Shown here in pieces: positions 39,112-50,940 of a DNA stretch of 64,000 bases. Where the stretch lies: NCBI RefSeq assembly GCF_963676685.1, contig NC_092347.1:42408001-42472000 (forward strand). The letters run 5' to 3'. Numbering within the stretch: the stretch's first letter is position 1; every line of letters begins with the position of its first letter. The notes below the pieces were generated by a model. It did no database searches and was not told where the DNA came from. It saw nothing but the letters and a program-made list of their open reading frames with translations. The DNA is from Mytilus edulis (taxonomy: Eukaryota). The translations under genes and the position numbers were made by a program.

Positions 39112-41231
39112 GTTCTTGCCCCCTCGTACGTTATTGACAGCTTCCCCAGGGGAAAATTTACAACAAGTTCCTCAAAAATCAATACCAGTAGGGGGAGGTT
39201 AAGTTTTTTCCTAAATCAGTGGAAGAAAATTACCTCAGACTGTTATGTGCTGTCAATAATTCGAGGGGGATTAACACTTCAGTTCAAGAACCCACCTCCT
39301 CTGTCTGCAGTTCCAATAAGTTTGTCTCATACTCAAGACCCAGTAAAGTGTCAACTTCTATCAGTAGAAGTGGACACAATGTTACAAAAAGCTGCAATAG
39401 AGGAGGTGTCGATCTTAACTCTGTCTCCGGGATTTTATTCCCGTCTTTTTCTGGTTCCAAAGAAGACTGGAGGAATGAGGCCGGTCATAGACCTATCTAT
39501 TCTGAACAAATTTCTTATATTGTTCCCCACTTCAAAATGGAAACAAACAGATCCATCAGGGCTTCAATCCTTCCAGGAATGTGGACTACTTCTCTGGATC
39601 TTTCAGACGCGTATTTCCACATTCCCATTTCCCAAACTTACAGGAAATACCTTCGCTTCGTTTGGAACAACAAAGTTTTCCAGTTCAAGGCTCTCCCTTT
39701 TGGCCTGTCTACAGCCCCTTTGGCTTTTACCAAAATCATGCAGGCAGCCATAGCTCACCTACATTCCCTGTCTATTCAGATTCATTCCTACCTGGACGAT
39801 TCCCTTCTCAAGGAATTTTGCCCAATCAAATTGAGGGTTCAGACAGATTTGGTCATCAATTGTTTTCTGTCCCTAGGTTTCCTTATCTCTTGGAAAAAGT
39901 CAGAGATAATTCCGTCTCAAGACTTTGTTTTCCTGGGAGAACATTTCCTAACCAGTGTAGGCCTAGTCCTCCCACCAGAGGAGAAATTTACAAAACTATG
40001 TCAGAAAATACATTTATTCCTGACGGTTCAATCAGTCACAGCACGTCAATTCTTGCAACTTCTGGGTCTATTGAACTCTCTGGCAGATGTAATTCCATTG
40101 GGACGACTTCACATTCGTCCGCTTCAGTTTTATCTGCACAAGTTATGGATTGCTGCTTCACAAGAATGGGAAGCATTGATTCCAATCACTCAGCCTTTAT
40201 TTCCACACCTTCAATGGTGGTTAGTACGGGAAAATGTAATGAGGGGCCTATGTCTGTTCCCTCAAGTTCCCAGTCTAACATTATTCACAGATGCCTCCAC
40301 CCTCGGTTGGGGAGCATATCTGGAGGGGCTTACAATCTCGGGAGTCTGGAGTCCAGATCTTTTGGAAGAGCATATCAATGTATTGGAAATGAAAGCAGTT
40401 CTGTTTGCACTGAATCATTTCCAAATGTCTCTAAAGAATCAGTCTGTCATTCTGGCCACGGACAACACAACAGTTGTAGCTTATCTCAAGAATCAGGGAG
40501 GAACTCATTCACCTTCTCTTTATCAGATAGCCAGAGACATTCTCCTTCTGTGTTTTCAACTCCAGGTTCATCTAGTGGTGAGACATATTGCGGGGCACCT
40601 CAATATTCTAGCCGACACTCTATCCAGATCCCTTGCTCCAGTAAACACGGAGTGGGAACTACTTCAAGTAGTTTTCAAAGCTGTGACTCTTCATTGGGGG
40701 TCATCTCAGATAGATCTGTTTGCGACCAGTCTCAATCACAAACTTCTAACATTTGTGTCTCCGGTTCCGGATCCAAAATCTTTTGCGGTAGACGCAATGA
40801 GCCTATCTTGGAAAGGAATGTTCGGGTACGCCTTCCCTCCTTTCAGGTTTCTCTCCCCAGTACTTCAGAAAATAGCAGGGGAAAATTGCAAGATCATAGT
40901 TATTGCTCCAGCATGGCCAAAACAGTCTTGGTTTCCAGACCTTCTGCGCCTTTCATGTGCTTGTCCTCTAGTTCTACCTATGAGACCAGACCTTCTGTCT
41001 CAAATCAAGGGCAAGGTTCTTTATCAAAATCCAGAAAAACTTCATCTACACGCCTGGCTTCTCTCAGGGTTAGCCTCAGAAAAAGAGGTTTTTCTGAAGG
41101 AGCAACCAAGCATCTCACAAAGTCTGTCAGAGACTCCACTAGCATTGTCTATGATGCAAAATGGTCAATCTTCTCAGATTGGTATAGTGAGCGGGAAATT
41201 GATCCTTTCCAAGTCACTGTACAACAATTAG
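39112..41231 (+). pseudogene. pol: DIRS pol: RT, RNase H and Dam-like methyltransferase domain (two 1-nt frameshifts near 39195 and 39520)
   Basis: RT: PVGG/RL..F...W, FYSRLFLVPKKTGGMRPVIDL, LDLSDAYFHI, ALPFGLSTAP and YLDD. RNase H: FTDAS..GWGA, HINVLE, TDNTT and NILADTLSR. MT: IDLFAT...YAFPPF...APAWPKQSWF. Confidence 0.92.
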
Positions 41232-42148
41232 CAGACTTTCTAGTTTTTCTTTTTGAATCCAAAGGATTATGTCCCTCTACTATTAAGGGATATAGATCAG
41301 CTATCTCAAGAACTATTCATATTTCTGGTGGCCCAGATTTTGGAATCAATGAGCATATTTCTCTTTTGGTTCGTAGTTTTAGTCTTGAAAGACCAAGACA
41401 AAAAACTTTAGTTCCTAAGTGGGACCTTGGACTAGTTTTATCCTTTTTAAAACTTCCTCCTTTTGAACCAGCAGAAACAATAGATTTAAGGTTTATTTCC
41501 TATAAATGCTGTTTTCTTTTAGCTTTGGCTTCTGGACGGAGAATGAGTGAAATCCATGCCTTCTCTATTTCTGATGCTTGCCTTCGATTTAACAGGGATA
41601 AATCTTCTGTTACTCTTTTAACGGATCCTGCTTTTTTGGCAAAGAATCAGATTCCAGATAAGGGTGCAGAACCAGTTGTGATTCCTGCACTCCCTAGCGA
41701 TTCTATTTCTGTACTTTTATGTCCAGTAAGAATCCTTTCTATTTATCTGGAAAGAACGTGTAGTTTACGTTCTGTTTCTAACTCAAGACTCTTTATTCCT
41801 ATTAAAAAAGGAATCTCAGATCTTTCTGTTAAAACTATTTCTACTTGGATATGCAAATGCATATCTTTAGCTTATGGTTCTTCTAAGGCAGAACTTTTAA
41901 ATAGTTTTAATGTTAAAGCCCATGATGTTAGGGGTATCTCTACATCCTGGGCTCTGTTTAACAGTGCATCTTTAGAAGAGGTACTGTCTGCAGGTTTCTG
42001 GAGAAATGAGAACTCTTTTATATCTCACTACCTCCAATCTATGGCTACTTTTGCCGAGAGTTTATACTCTCTTGGACCTATAGTTTCAGCACAAAGATTG
42101 AACTTTCCTCCTGTTTCTTCTGTTACAGGGGATTCAGCTTTACGTTAG
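39581..42148 (+). CDS. DIRS tyrosine recombinase ORF (YR domain in the last ~360 aa; long overlap with pol)
   Basis: STIKGYRSAI, LASGRRMSEIHA (Arg), LCPVR, KAHDVR (HxxR), GFW and FISHY (Tyr): the catalytic set appears intact. Confidence 0.9.
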   Translation: MDYFSGSFRRVFPHSHFPNLQEIPSLRLEQQSFPVQGSPFWPVYSPFGFYQNHAGSHSSPTFPVYSDSFLPGRFPSQGILPNQIEGSDRFGHQLFSVPRFPYLLEKVRDNSVSRLCFPGRTFPNQCRPSPPTRGEIYKTMSENTFIPDGSISHSTSILATSGSIELSGRCNSIGTTSHSSASVLSAQVMDCCFTRMGSIDSNHSAFISTPSMVVSTGKCNEGPMSVPSSSQSNIIHRCLHPRLGSISGGAYNLGSLESRSFGRAYQCIGNESSSVCTESFPNVSKESVCHSGHGQHNSCSLSQESGRNSFTFSLSDSQRHSPSVFSTPGSSSGETYCGAPQYSSRHSIQIPCSSKHGVGTTSSSFQSCDSSLGVISDRSVCDQSQSQTSNICVSGSGSKIFCGRRNEPILERNVRVRLPSFQVSLPSTSENSRGKLQDHSYCSSMAKTVLVSRPSAPFMCLSSSSTYETRPSVSNQGQGSLSKSRKTSSTRLASLRVSLRKRGFSEGATKHLTKSVRDSTSIVYDAKWSIFSDWYSEREIDPFQVTVQQLADFLVFLFESKGLCPSTIKGYRSAISRTIHISGGPDFGINEHISLLVRSFSLERPRQKTLVPKWDLGLVLSFLKLPPFEPAETIDLRFISYKCCFLLALASGRRMSEIHAFSISDACLRFNRDKSSVTLLTDPAFLAKNQIPDKGAEPVVIPALPSDSISVLLCPVRILSIYLERTCSLRSVSNSRLFIPIKKGISDLSVKTISTWICKCISLAYGSSKAELLNSFNVKAHDVRGISTSWALFNSASLEEVLSAGFWRNENSFISHYLQSMATFAESLYSLGPIVSAQRLNFPPVSSVTGDSALR

Positions 42149-42697
42149 ATTCTGTTACTCAGAATTTATAATGGTAACGTATTTATAGCTATAAAATATT
42201 CAAATTTTAAAGTAAATTTGGATTTTATTAGATAAATACTTACCATCATAAATTATAGGTCCCACCCGCCTCCCCTTCATCCCCTTTCCTTATGTTTCTG
42301 TCTTGAGGAAATTGAATGGAAGAATATGGGCAAACAGGGGTATATGTCCGGACCAGTGAGAGTACGTTTATTTTTAGTCGGGATTTTCCATCTGACCTAT
42401 GACGCAATAGGGGTTACACTTACAGTTGTATCATTCACCTATCATTTATACAATGTCATGTGTATAATCAATCCTCCAAACCAATCCTCCAAACTACTTG
42501 TTACATCCATGTACATGTGCATACTTTTTCTCATGCTTCATGCATACAACATACTGTTATCCAATTTTTGTTCTCACAATTTTATCATATTTTTTACTTA
42601 CACTTTTTTCACAGAACAGATGAAATGCTATGGGTTATTTAACTTTGTATACGGCCGCTCTCAGTTTGACCAATTTCAGCCAGATGTAACATAACTC

Positions 42698-45600
42698 ATG
42701 GGGGTAGGAATCGAGTTATATCGTATGAGAGTTGGCCAATACTCACCAGGCAAAAACATCAAACATAGACTAAATTATATTGATTTTATCTGTATCAACT
42801 TATTTCTCGCTTGTAAACGTGTCTCGCAGGCACTGGTGTTATCAATTTGAATCTTCACGTTGACGCATCAACTAGGCGTGTGCCTTAAACCTTTAGAGAT
42901 GAAACATGTAGACTCAAATGTACAAAAAATAACAAGTGTAAATGTTAATCTTAGACTATTTATTATTTTATTTTTACTATTTGTTATTCAAATTTTGCTA
43001 ATCTTAGCAGGAATAGAGGTAAATCCAGGTCCTAGTGACGATATCGATTCTTCTCAAAGTTCAATTAACTCAACTGACATGTCGGATTTCGGTGAACTTT
43101 TTTCAAAATCAGTCTCAATTCTTCACTTAAACGTACAAAGTCTAGCCCCAAAAATAGATCTGATTCAATCTGAATATTCTGATTTCGACATTTTAGCGTT
43201 TAGTGAAACCTGGTTAAACAATAATCATACAGACGAATCAATTGAAATCCTAAATTACCAGCACCCCTTCCGTCGCGACAGAGGTCCACACAAGGTTGGA
43301 GGGCGGATAATTGCTTTGTAAAAAATGATATACATGCTCAACGTCGATTTGACATCGAAAGCGAAAGCTTGGAAGCAATATGGTTAGAAATTAAATTTAA
43401 AGATAAAAAGGCTTTGCTCGGAACCTTTTATATACCTCCCAATAGTGGACCAGATATCTGGGAAAAAATTGAATATTCTCTTGATATGGCGTCTAATGAT
43501 AATACTATTAATTACATAATGGCCACAGGCGATTTTAACGATAACCAACTAGCCCCTGTTAATTAAAAAATTACACCTTTGTTAAGCCAATTTAGTCTTA
43601 CTCAATTGATAGATGAACCTACTCATTTTACTGAATCGTCGTCATCATTGTTAGACCTTTTTATAACAAACGATGCTCACATAATAACTTACTGTGGAGT
43701 CGGGCCACCTTTATTAGACCAAATACGCTTTCACTGCCCTATAATTAGTCTTTTGAACTTTCCAAAATGTCGTCAAAAAACTTTTAAGCGGAAAATTTAG
43801 CTATATGATCGAGGAGATTATGACAGATATCGTAACATTTTATCTGAAAAAAATTGGGATTCCGTAATGAACTTAAATAACGTTGAACAATTTACAACCG
43901 AAATAACAAAAACTATCATAGAAGCTGCTGAAAATGTATTCCAAATAAAATAATAACTGTTCGTAAAAATGAACCTCCATGGCTAACAAATGATGTTAAA
44001 AAAAAAGATAAGGAAAAAAAATAGAATCCACAGAAAGGCTAAAAAATATAATAACCCATCGGATTGGTCAAACTTTAAGAAAATACGAAATGAAGTTACC
44101 AGTTTAATAAGAAAATCAAAGGATGATTATAACAACAATTTAATTTAAAAAATCATGAACAGTAGCCCGTCCACTACTAATTGGTGAAAAACGGTTAAAC
44201 AAATATCCGGATTAAAAGCAAAAGACGCAAGTGTACCTCCATTATTGGTTAATAACAACTTAATATTTGATGAAATCGAAAAGGCAAATGAATTTAATCG
44301 ATTTTTTTCTTCCCAGTCAAATATTGATGATTCAAGTGCTATGCTACCTGAAGAACTTCAAACTATTAGTGATGACATTAGTTATATAGAACTTACTGTT
44401 ACTGAAGTTGAAGATATATTGAAAATTGTTAATCCCACAAAAGCTTCTGGCCCAGACCTCATAAGTCCCAAATTGTTAAAAGAAGCATCTTCTGTTTTGA
44501 AGTATCCACTATGTAAGCTTAAGGCTTAGTAAATAAGAACGTCTGCTTGCAATGATACTTGTATTGAACTCTGAAAAGCTAACGTCACAACAACGGTGAC
44601 GTCGTGTACATAGAAAGCGGTAGCGGGAACACCTCGTGTGCAATTCTTAACATTCTGGGGGCCCGCAAATGAATTTTTAATACAATAAGATGAAAATAAA
44701 TTATGAAAATTTCACTTTAAATTACTGTCTCTGATAAATATAAAACTTTGAATATCTTTCACTGTCTTTGATAATGAGCACGAATGAAAATAAAACTATT
44801 TCTGTAATAAAGCACGAACAGTTAACAGTCCATAAAATTATACGATAGTCTCATTTGGTCCACATCTTTATCTTTTCCTTTGCATCGTTCTTCGCTCGTC
44901 TGGCGGGCAGTACTTCATCACGGTCCTATCTCTTTGTTCACTGGTGAAGGTGTGTGATCATCTTTCCGGGATAAAGTATCGAAATGTCTGTTGTCATGGT
45001 TACTTATACATGTTTTCTGATATGAATCTAATACTTGAAATACTTTCTTTCGCCCTGTCCTCTCGTCAATATGTTCAATACCAAATGATTCTGTCTTCCG
45101 TAACTTCTCCGGGTTGCACTCTTCTGTCTTTTGTGATATCCTTACATTCATTGTAGCTGTTTGCTGGTTATTGTAGCTTGGTGTACCGTGAAGTGGTCCT
45201 GATAATAAATATCCAATTCTTGATTTCACGGCAGTAGGTCCCTTGCCTCTAATGACATGGTTTTCTACAACTGACCAATAGTAGTCAGCTCCTACGAGTA
45301 CTGAGATGTGAAAGTTATCATTCGCGGTAACTGGATGAGCGAGTTCTATTCCTGATAAATACGGCAATTTTGCGGCTTTACGGATGTACGTTTTGAGCGG
45401 TGCGGCGATTTCGGGTACGATCAATACTCTGATTGGCAATTGTCCTTCATCTGTTAGCAAATAAATAATACTAGATTTTAAGTGTCTAATTCTTGTACTT
45501 TCTACACTGTCCCCAAATCCGGATAAGTTTAAAGTCTCTGTGCCAGTTATTGATAACTGTAATTTAGCGGCTAGGTCTTCTGTGATGAACGATCTCTGTG

Positions 45601-48563
45601 CTCCTTCATCAAAAATAATGTTGGCTTCTGAACAGTGTCGTCCCGATCTTACAGGATTAATTGCATTTTTGAGTTAAACATTTGTGTTTGCCTGTGAATG
45701 TGAAATTGTGTCCGGTTCCTTTGCGTTGTGTTGTATGGTACTTACGTTTATACTGTCTAGATAATCAGTATGTGTATTCTCTTTACATAAACTCGTGTGA
45801 TGACGCTTGTCACACTTTCTGCATGATTTGATTGACTTACAATCAACCAAATTGTGATGTCCTAAACAGTTGAAACATAAGCGGTCTCTTTCGACTATTG
45901 ATATCCGGTCTTGATATTCAACAACTTTGGTACAGTTTACCGAGGCGTGTGATTCGTGACAATAATCGCACTGTTTAGATTTGAAGTTAGTGTTTTGGTG
46001 ATTCTTATTTTGGTGGTTTTGACTTGATTGTCGATTTCCCGGTTTTGTGTTGGTCAAAAATGCTGCAGTAGCGGTAGGATTTTCATGACTGTCTGTTGAG
46101 TTACCGGCTTCCATGATATTTATTTCATTAAATATGCCTTTTCGTAAGTCTGCTAAGAGTATGTTTGTGGACCCAAATTCTCTTGCTAGGTTTTTTCGAA
46201 TTTCCCCTGGTAGTTTGTTCAATATTATTGGCACTAACAGCGCTCCGTATGAATCATCAGTTTGTCCTAGTGATTCTAAACCTCTCATGTAAATTTCAAT
46301 GTTGTCATAAAAATGTCGGAGGTTGAAAAGTGTGTACCTAGGCGACGTAATATCAATAAGTTCCTGCATATACCTCTGTGTAATTTTATGTTGCTGACCA
46401 TATCTTTCTTGTAATAGGGAAATTGCCTTTTCATAGTTTGCATTAGTGAGCGCAAAACCTATCACTGATTTTAGAGCTTCATCGTGAAGTAACGATTTCA
46501 AATAATTGAATTTTTGGACGTTGCTTAAGGTTGGGTTCGTATGCACGGCTGTCTCAAATGAGTCCCAAAATGATTGCCATTGAAGTATATCTCCATCGAA
46601 AGTAGGGAGATTCAACTTGGGTAGTTTGTTGTATTCACTAGTTGAGCTAAAGGATGGGCGAAAATCTGACAAACGGTAATTTGAATTGTTCTGATGTTCT
46701 GTATATGAAGAGTTTATAGTATGAACGGGTTGAGTAGTTTCTATGCGTGGAGTAAAACTTTCTGCGTGTGTATTCAACGCTGTAGTTTTGACTAAGATAA
46801 ATTTGTTGACTTGACGAATTTTACCTTCTAAGTTAAATGCATACTCATCTGCTTCGACGATCTCTGTTTCAATATCTCCGTCGTCCAGTTCCTGTACTAT
46901 GTCCTCATCTAACTTGCGTAATATTTCTTGCTTCCGTTTCAGACTATCCAATATGTTTGACAAATCCTCCGTGTCCACGGTTCCATCTTCTTCTTTTTGA
47001 ACGTCTTCGAATTTCTTTATCAGTCTGGAAACTGCACTTCTATGTCCTTCTCGTATCGAACGTAGCTTCAGATTCATCCTGGTCTCGGTACCAATTTCGT
47101 AGAGTGGTTGTATCGGACACAAATTAAGGCTTAGTAAATAAGAACGTCTGCTTGCAATGATACTTGTATTGAACTCTGAAAAGCTAACGTCACAACAACG
47201 GTGACGTCGTGTACATAGAAAGCGGTAGCGGGAACACCTCGTGTGCAATTCTTAACACTATTTAACCTATCGTTAAGGCAGCAACCATTTGATTTTCGGG
47301 GTGGGGGGGGGGGGGGGGGTGGGGGGGGGGCTATGGTTTTTTTTGGAAAAAAAAAGTTTGTTTCCAGGTTTTGGTGAAAAAAATAATTTGTTTTGGACCC
47401 TGAGAAAAAAAACATTGTTTGTTTCACCCTCAGCTGCCACTATATGTAATGCTAAAATTGAAAGAAAAAAATTGTTTTCGGTTTGTCGCTAAAAAAATAG
47501 ATTGTTCTTCGCCGAAGGCGAAAAAAAAAAGTTTGCACAGAAAAAAAAACCATAGCCCCCCCCCCCCCCCGAAAATCAAATGGTTGTTGCCTAAGTACGT
47601 CTACTTTTCCAGATCAATGGAAAAGAGCAAATGTTACCCCAGTTTATAAAAATAGTAAACCGAATGACGTTAAAAACTATAGACCTATATCCTTGTTGAG
47701 TGTAATTTCAAAGTGTATGAAACGATGTGTATATAAACATGTTTACAATCACCTTATGCGTAATAATATTTTAACGAAAAATCAATCAGGCTTTACACGG
47801 GGGGATTCAGCGGTTAATCAATTAATTAACCTTTCAAATGATTTTGGTAAGGCTTTAGATATCGGTAAAGAAATAAGGGTAGTATTCTGTGATATAAGTA
47901 AAGCGTTTGATCGAGTCTGGCATAAGGGACTGCTATTTAAACTTCAACAAGCGGGTATATCAGGTTCTTTACTAAGGTGGTTTGAAAATTATCTTACAAA
48001 CAGAGTCCAGCGGGTGGTTATTAACGGTTCATGTTCCGAATGGTTACCTGTAAATGAAGGCGTCCCACAAGGGTCCATTCTAGGCCCTCTCCTTTTTTTG
48101 ATATTTATAAATTATATTGTAGAAGACATTCAAGCTCAAATTAAGCTATTCGCATATGACACTTCATTATATATTATGGTTGACAATCCAACAGAAACAG
48201 CTACAATTTTAAATGACGATCTAGATAAGATTTATAATTGGTCAAAATAATGGCTTGTGAATTTTAATGCCCAAAAAACTAAAAGTATGATAATTTCAAA
48301 AAAAGTAAATAGACCCTTTCATCCTCCATTAAATATGAAAACCCAAGAGCTACAAACAGTTTGCAAACACAAACATCTAGGTGTCTTTTTTTCTAACAAC
48401 GGATCCTGGAACGACCATATTGAATATATAGTTTCTAAATCTTACAAAAGAATAAATATAATGAGAAAAATGAAAAATGTTCTTGATAGATTTTCACTTG
48501 AAAAAGTTTACATATCATTTGTTCGCCCAATTCTCGAATATGTCGATGTCGTTTTGGACAACT
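42698..48563 (+). pseudogene. CR1-like LINE, copy 2, with a 2A-like GIEVNPGP motif before the APE domain
   Basis: Same motifs as copy 1 (ORFs 42860, 43369, 43579, 44245, 47693, 48257), with its own stops and frameshifts; LFADD has become LFAYD. Confidence 0.88.
44519..47257 (-). mobile_element. BEL/Pao gag-protease-only element, copy 2
   Basis: LTRs at 44519-44652 and ~47098-47257. Gag starts at ATG 47077, frameshifts at ~45674, and the protease half continues to 44918. Confidence 0.88.
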
Positions 48564-50209
48564 GGATTTGCAAAGAATTGTCTTGCTACGTCAATGTAGC
48601 TAACATTCATGTACTAATGTAATCAGGTAATTCCTCAGTTGGGGTAAAACAAGGGTTTATTTTAAGCCCTACATTATTTTCTTTATATATTAATGGTTTA
48701 CCATCTATTTTTGACTCCACATGTGAACCATCCAAGTTAAATGATAATGAAAGATCATGTCTGTTATACGCTGATGATTTAGTCCTTAATTCTGAATCTG
48801 CTAATGGCTTACAAAAATGCCTTGACAAGCTTAGTTTATATTGCACTAGTTGGGATTTAACAGTAAATCTTGACAAAACCAAAGTTATGATTTTTAACAA
48901 ATCAGGTAAAAAACTTACAAAAGACAAGTTTGTTTTTAGTGATAATATTTTGGAACACTGTACAGAATATAAATATTTGGGTATACTGTTTAAACCATCT
49001 GGCAGTTTTACAGAAGCAGTGAGACTTCTTTGTAAAAAAGCCTCAAAAGTTATATTTTGTATTAGAAAACTGTTATTTTCTGAAGATATCAATGTATTAC
49101 CTCACATAAAGCATGATGCTTGTGTTAAACCTATACTTCTTTATTGTATTGAAGTTTGGTCTCTCTATATAATAAAAGATATTACAAATCTACAGTCAAA
49201 ATATTGGTCATTGGCTACCATCAAAGTTCAGATTAAATTTGCAAAAACTTTAATTAGAGTAAATAAATCAGCTGTCAATTTAGCAGTACTAGCTGAACTT
49301 GGTATGTATCCAGTTTTTATAGAAGCTTTAAAACTGTCAATTGGCTTCTGGTTGCATGTAATAAAATCTGATAACAATTGCTTCCTCAAAGATGTATATT
49401 GTTCACACCTGCTATTAACCAATGGATTTGCTAAAAAGATTGAACAGTTACTTGCTACATTAAATTTTTCACATGTTTGGAAAAATCATGATACTATTTT
49501 AAAAGTGCGTTTATTATATGCAATTCATACCCAACTTAATGATAGATATCTTAATTATTGGGAAGAAAATATATTTTGTGATAATAAATCAGTACACGGT
49601 AATAAGCTGAGAACATATAGACAGTTTAAAGAAAATTATAAATTGGAAACCTAGCTATTGTTACGAATTTACTGTTTAAGAATATAATAATATTTCTACA
49701 GTTGTATATTTTTCGAAACCTCTTTGAATTTCCCATTTGATGTCTTTATCATTGAAAACGGCATTAAAAATCATCCCTTTATCCGTGGTTGCTATCAGAC
49801 GCTTTACCTGTATAATTGTTGCTAGGGTGCTCTCTTCGAGGTCCGCGTTCTAAGTATAAATAGTGGGTAGCTATTCGGTGTAAGTTGTCATTCTTATCAG
49901 AGACGTTGATAGAAGAAGACTAGAAAGGTAGAACCGTTAATATTTGAAGACGAGAAGCAGGATTTGTCAAACAAAGTGGAGTGTTTGAAACCTGTTGAGA
50001 AAATAAGTAGTTTCGTTTCGTAGAAGTTGTATAAACAGGGTTAGTGCTAAGGTTTTGCGTTCCACATCTCTCACTATTGCAGTGAGTGTTTGCTGTTAAA
50101 TCATACCTTAGTGCTACCCTGTTCCAACAGTTATATAAATATATTTTAATAAAGTTTCATACATCGAAAGTTTACAACAGTTTGAATAGTTTCCATACAT
50201 TCGTTTTAT

Positions 50210-50630
50210 TCAGGTTTCAGCCCGTTTGATACATTTCGGTTTCAAACTAGTTCCAAACATTTCGGTTTCAGACCAGTTCCAAACATTTAGGTCATAGACT
50301 AGCTCCAAACATTTAGGTTTCAAACTAGTTCCAAACATTTCAGTTTCAGACCAGTTCCAAACATTTAGGTCTCAGACTAGTTCCAAACATTTAGGTTTCA
50401 GACTAGTTCCAAACATTTAGGTTTCAGACCAGTTCCAAACATTTATGTTTCAGACCAGTTCCAAACATTCAGGTTTCAGACAATTATAGTTCCAAACCGT
50501 CAGACCAGTTTCATACATTTAGGTTTCAGACCCGTTCCATACATTTATGTTTCAGACCAGTTTCATACATTTATGTTTCAAACCAGTTCGATACATTTAG
50601 GTTTCAGACTATAGTTTCAAACAGTTGGTT
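50210..50630. repeat. 26-bp minisatellite inside the LTR (also at ~54818-55240)
   Basis: About 15 copies of GTTTCAGACCAGTTCCAAACATTTAG. Confidence 0.9.
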
Positions 50631-50940
50631 TTAAACAGTATTAGACTGAAAGTGTTTTAAACAGTTTTCAATTCAACAAGTTCGGGTTAGGTTGATAGGT
50701 GTTGAAATTCGTTTTATGTAGTATAGTATTTGTTTCATATTTGATAGTGATAGTGTAAACTTTTTATTGACTTTAATAGAACTTTTGAATTGCTTTTCAA
50801 ATCCCAGGAAACTGGTACGAACCCGAGAATAAAAATATCTAAACGTCCCCGCCCGGTTACACGTTACAAATGGTGGCTTAGCGGTGGGATTTGTCTAGCA
50901 TTTCTCAAGCGTATTTTGTACATATAAATTGTATTTTATC

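Larger units (their letters stand above)
36908..42420 (+). mobile_element. DIRS1-like tyrosine-recombinase retrotransposon, near complete (right terminus clipped)
   Basis: Inverted terminal repeats at 36946-37060 and 42307-42420. The ICR at ~42157-42255 is complementary to the left end. Gag, RT/RH/MT and YR ORFs are present. Absent from unit 1, with no TSD. Confidence 0.95.
33964..48556. repeat. Segmental tandem duplication, unit 2 (with DIRS insertion); a third unit starts at 48557-48626
   Basis: Same order of Penelope fragment, spacer, CR1, BEL and MITE as unit 1. Extra 145-bp Penelope tail at ~34249-34393. Confidence 0.92.

Noticed and set aside
38042-48780. Other CTGATGA matches (e.g. 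~38042, ~48772) as hammerheads
   Set aside because: They lie in coding sequence (TDE and ADD codons) without helix II or a GAAA partner.
50210-50630. 26-bp repeats as a CRISPR array
   Set aside because: Head-to-tail repeats with no unique spacers, no cas genes, and a eukaryotic LTR context.
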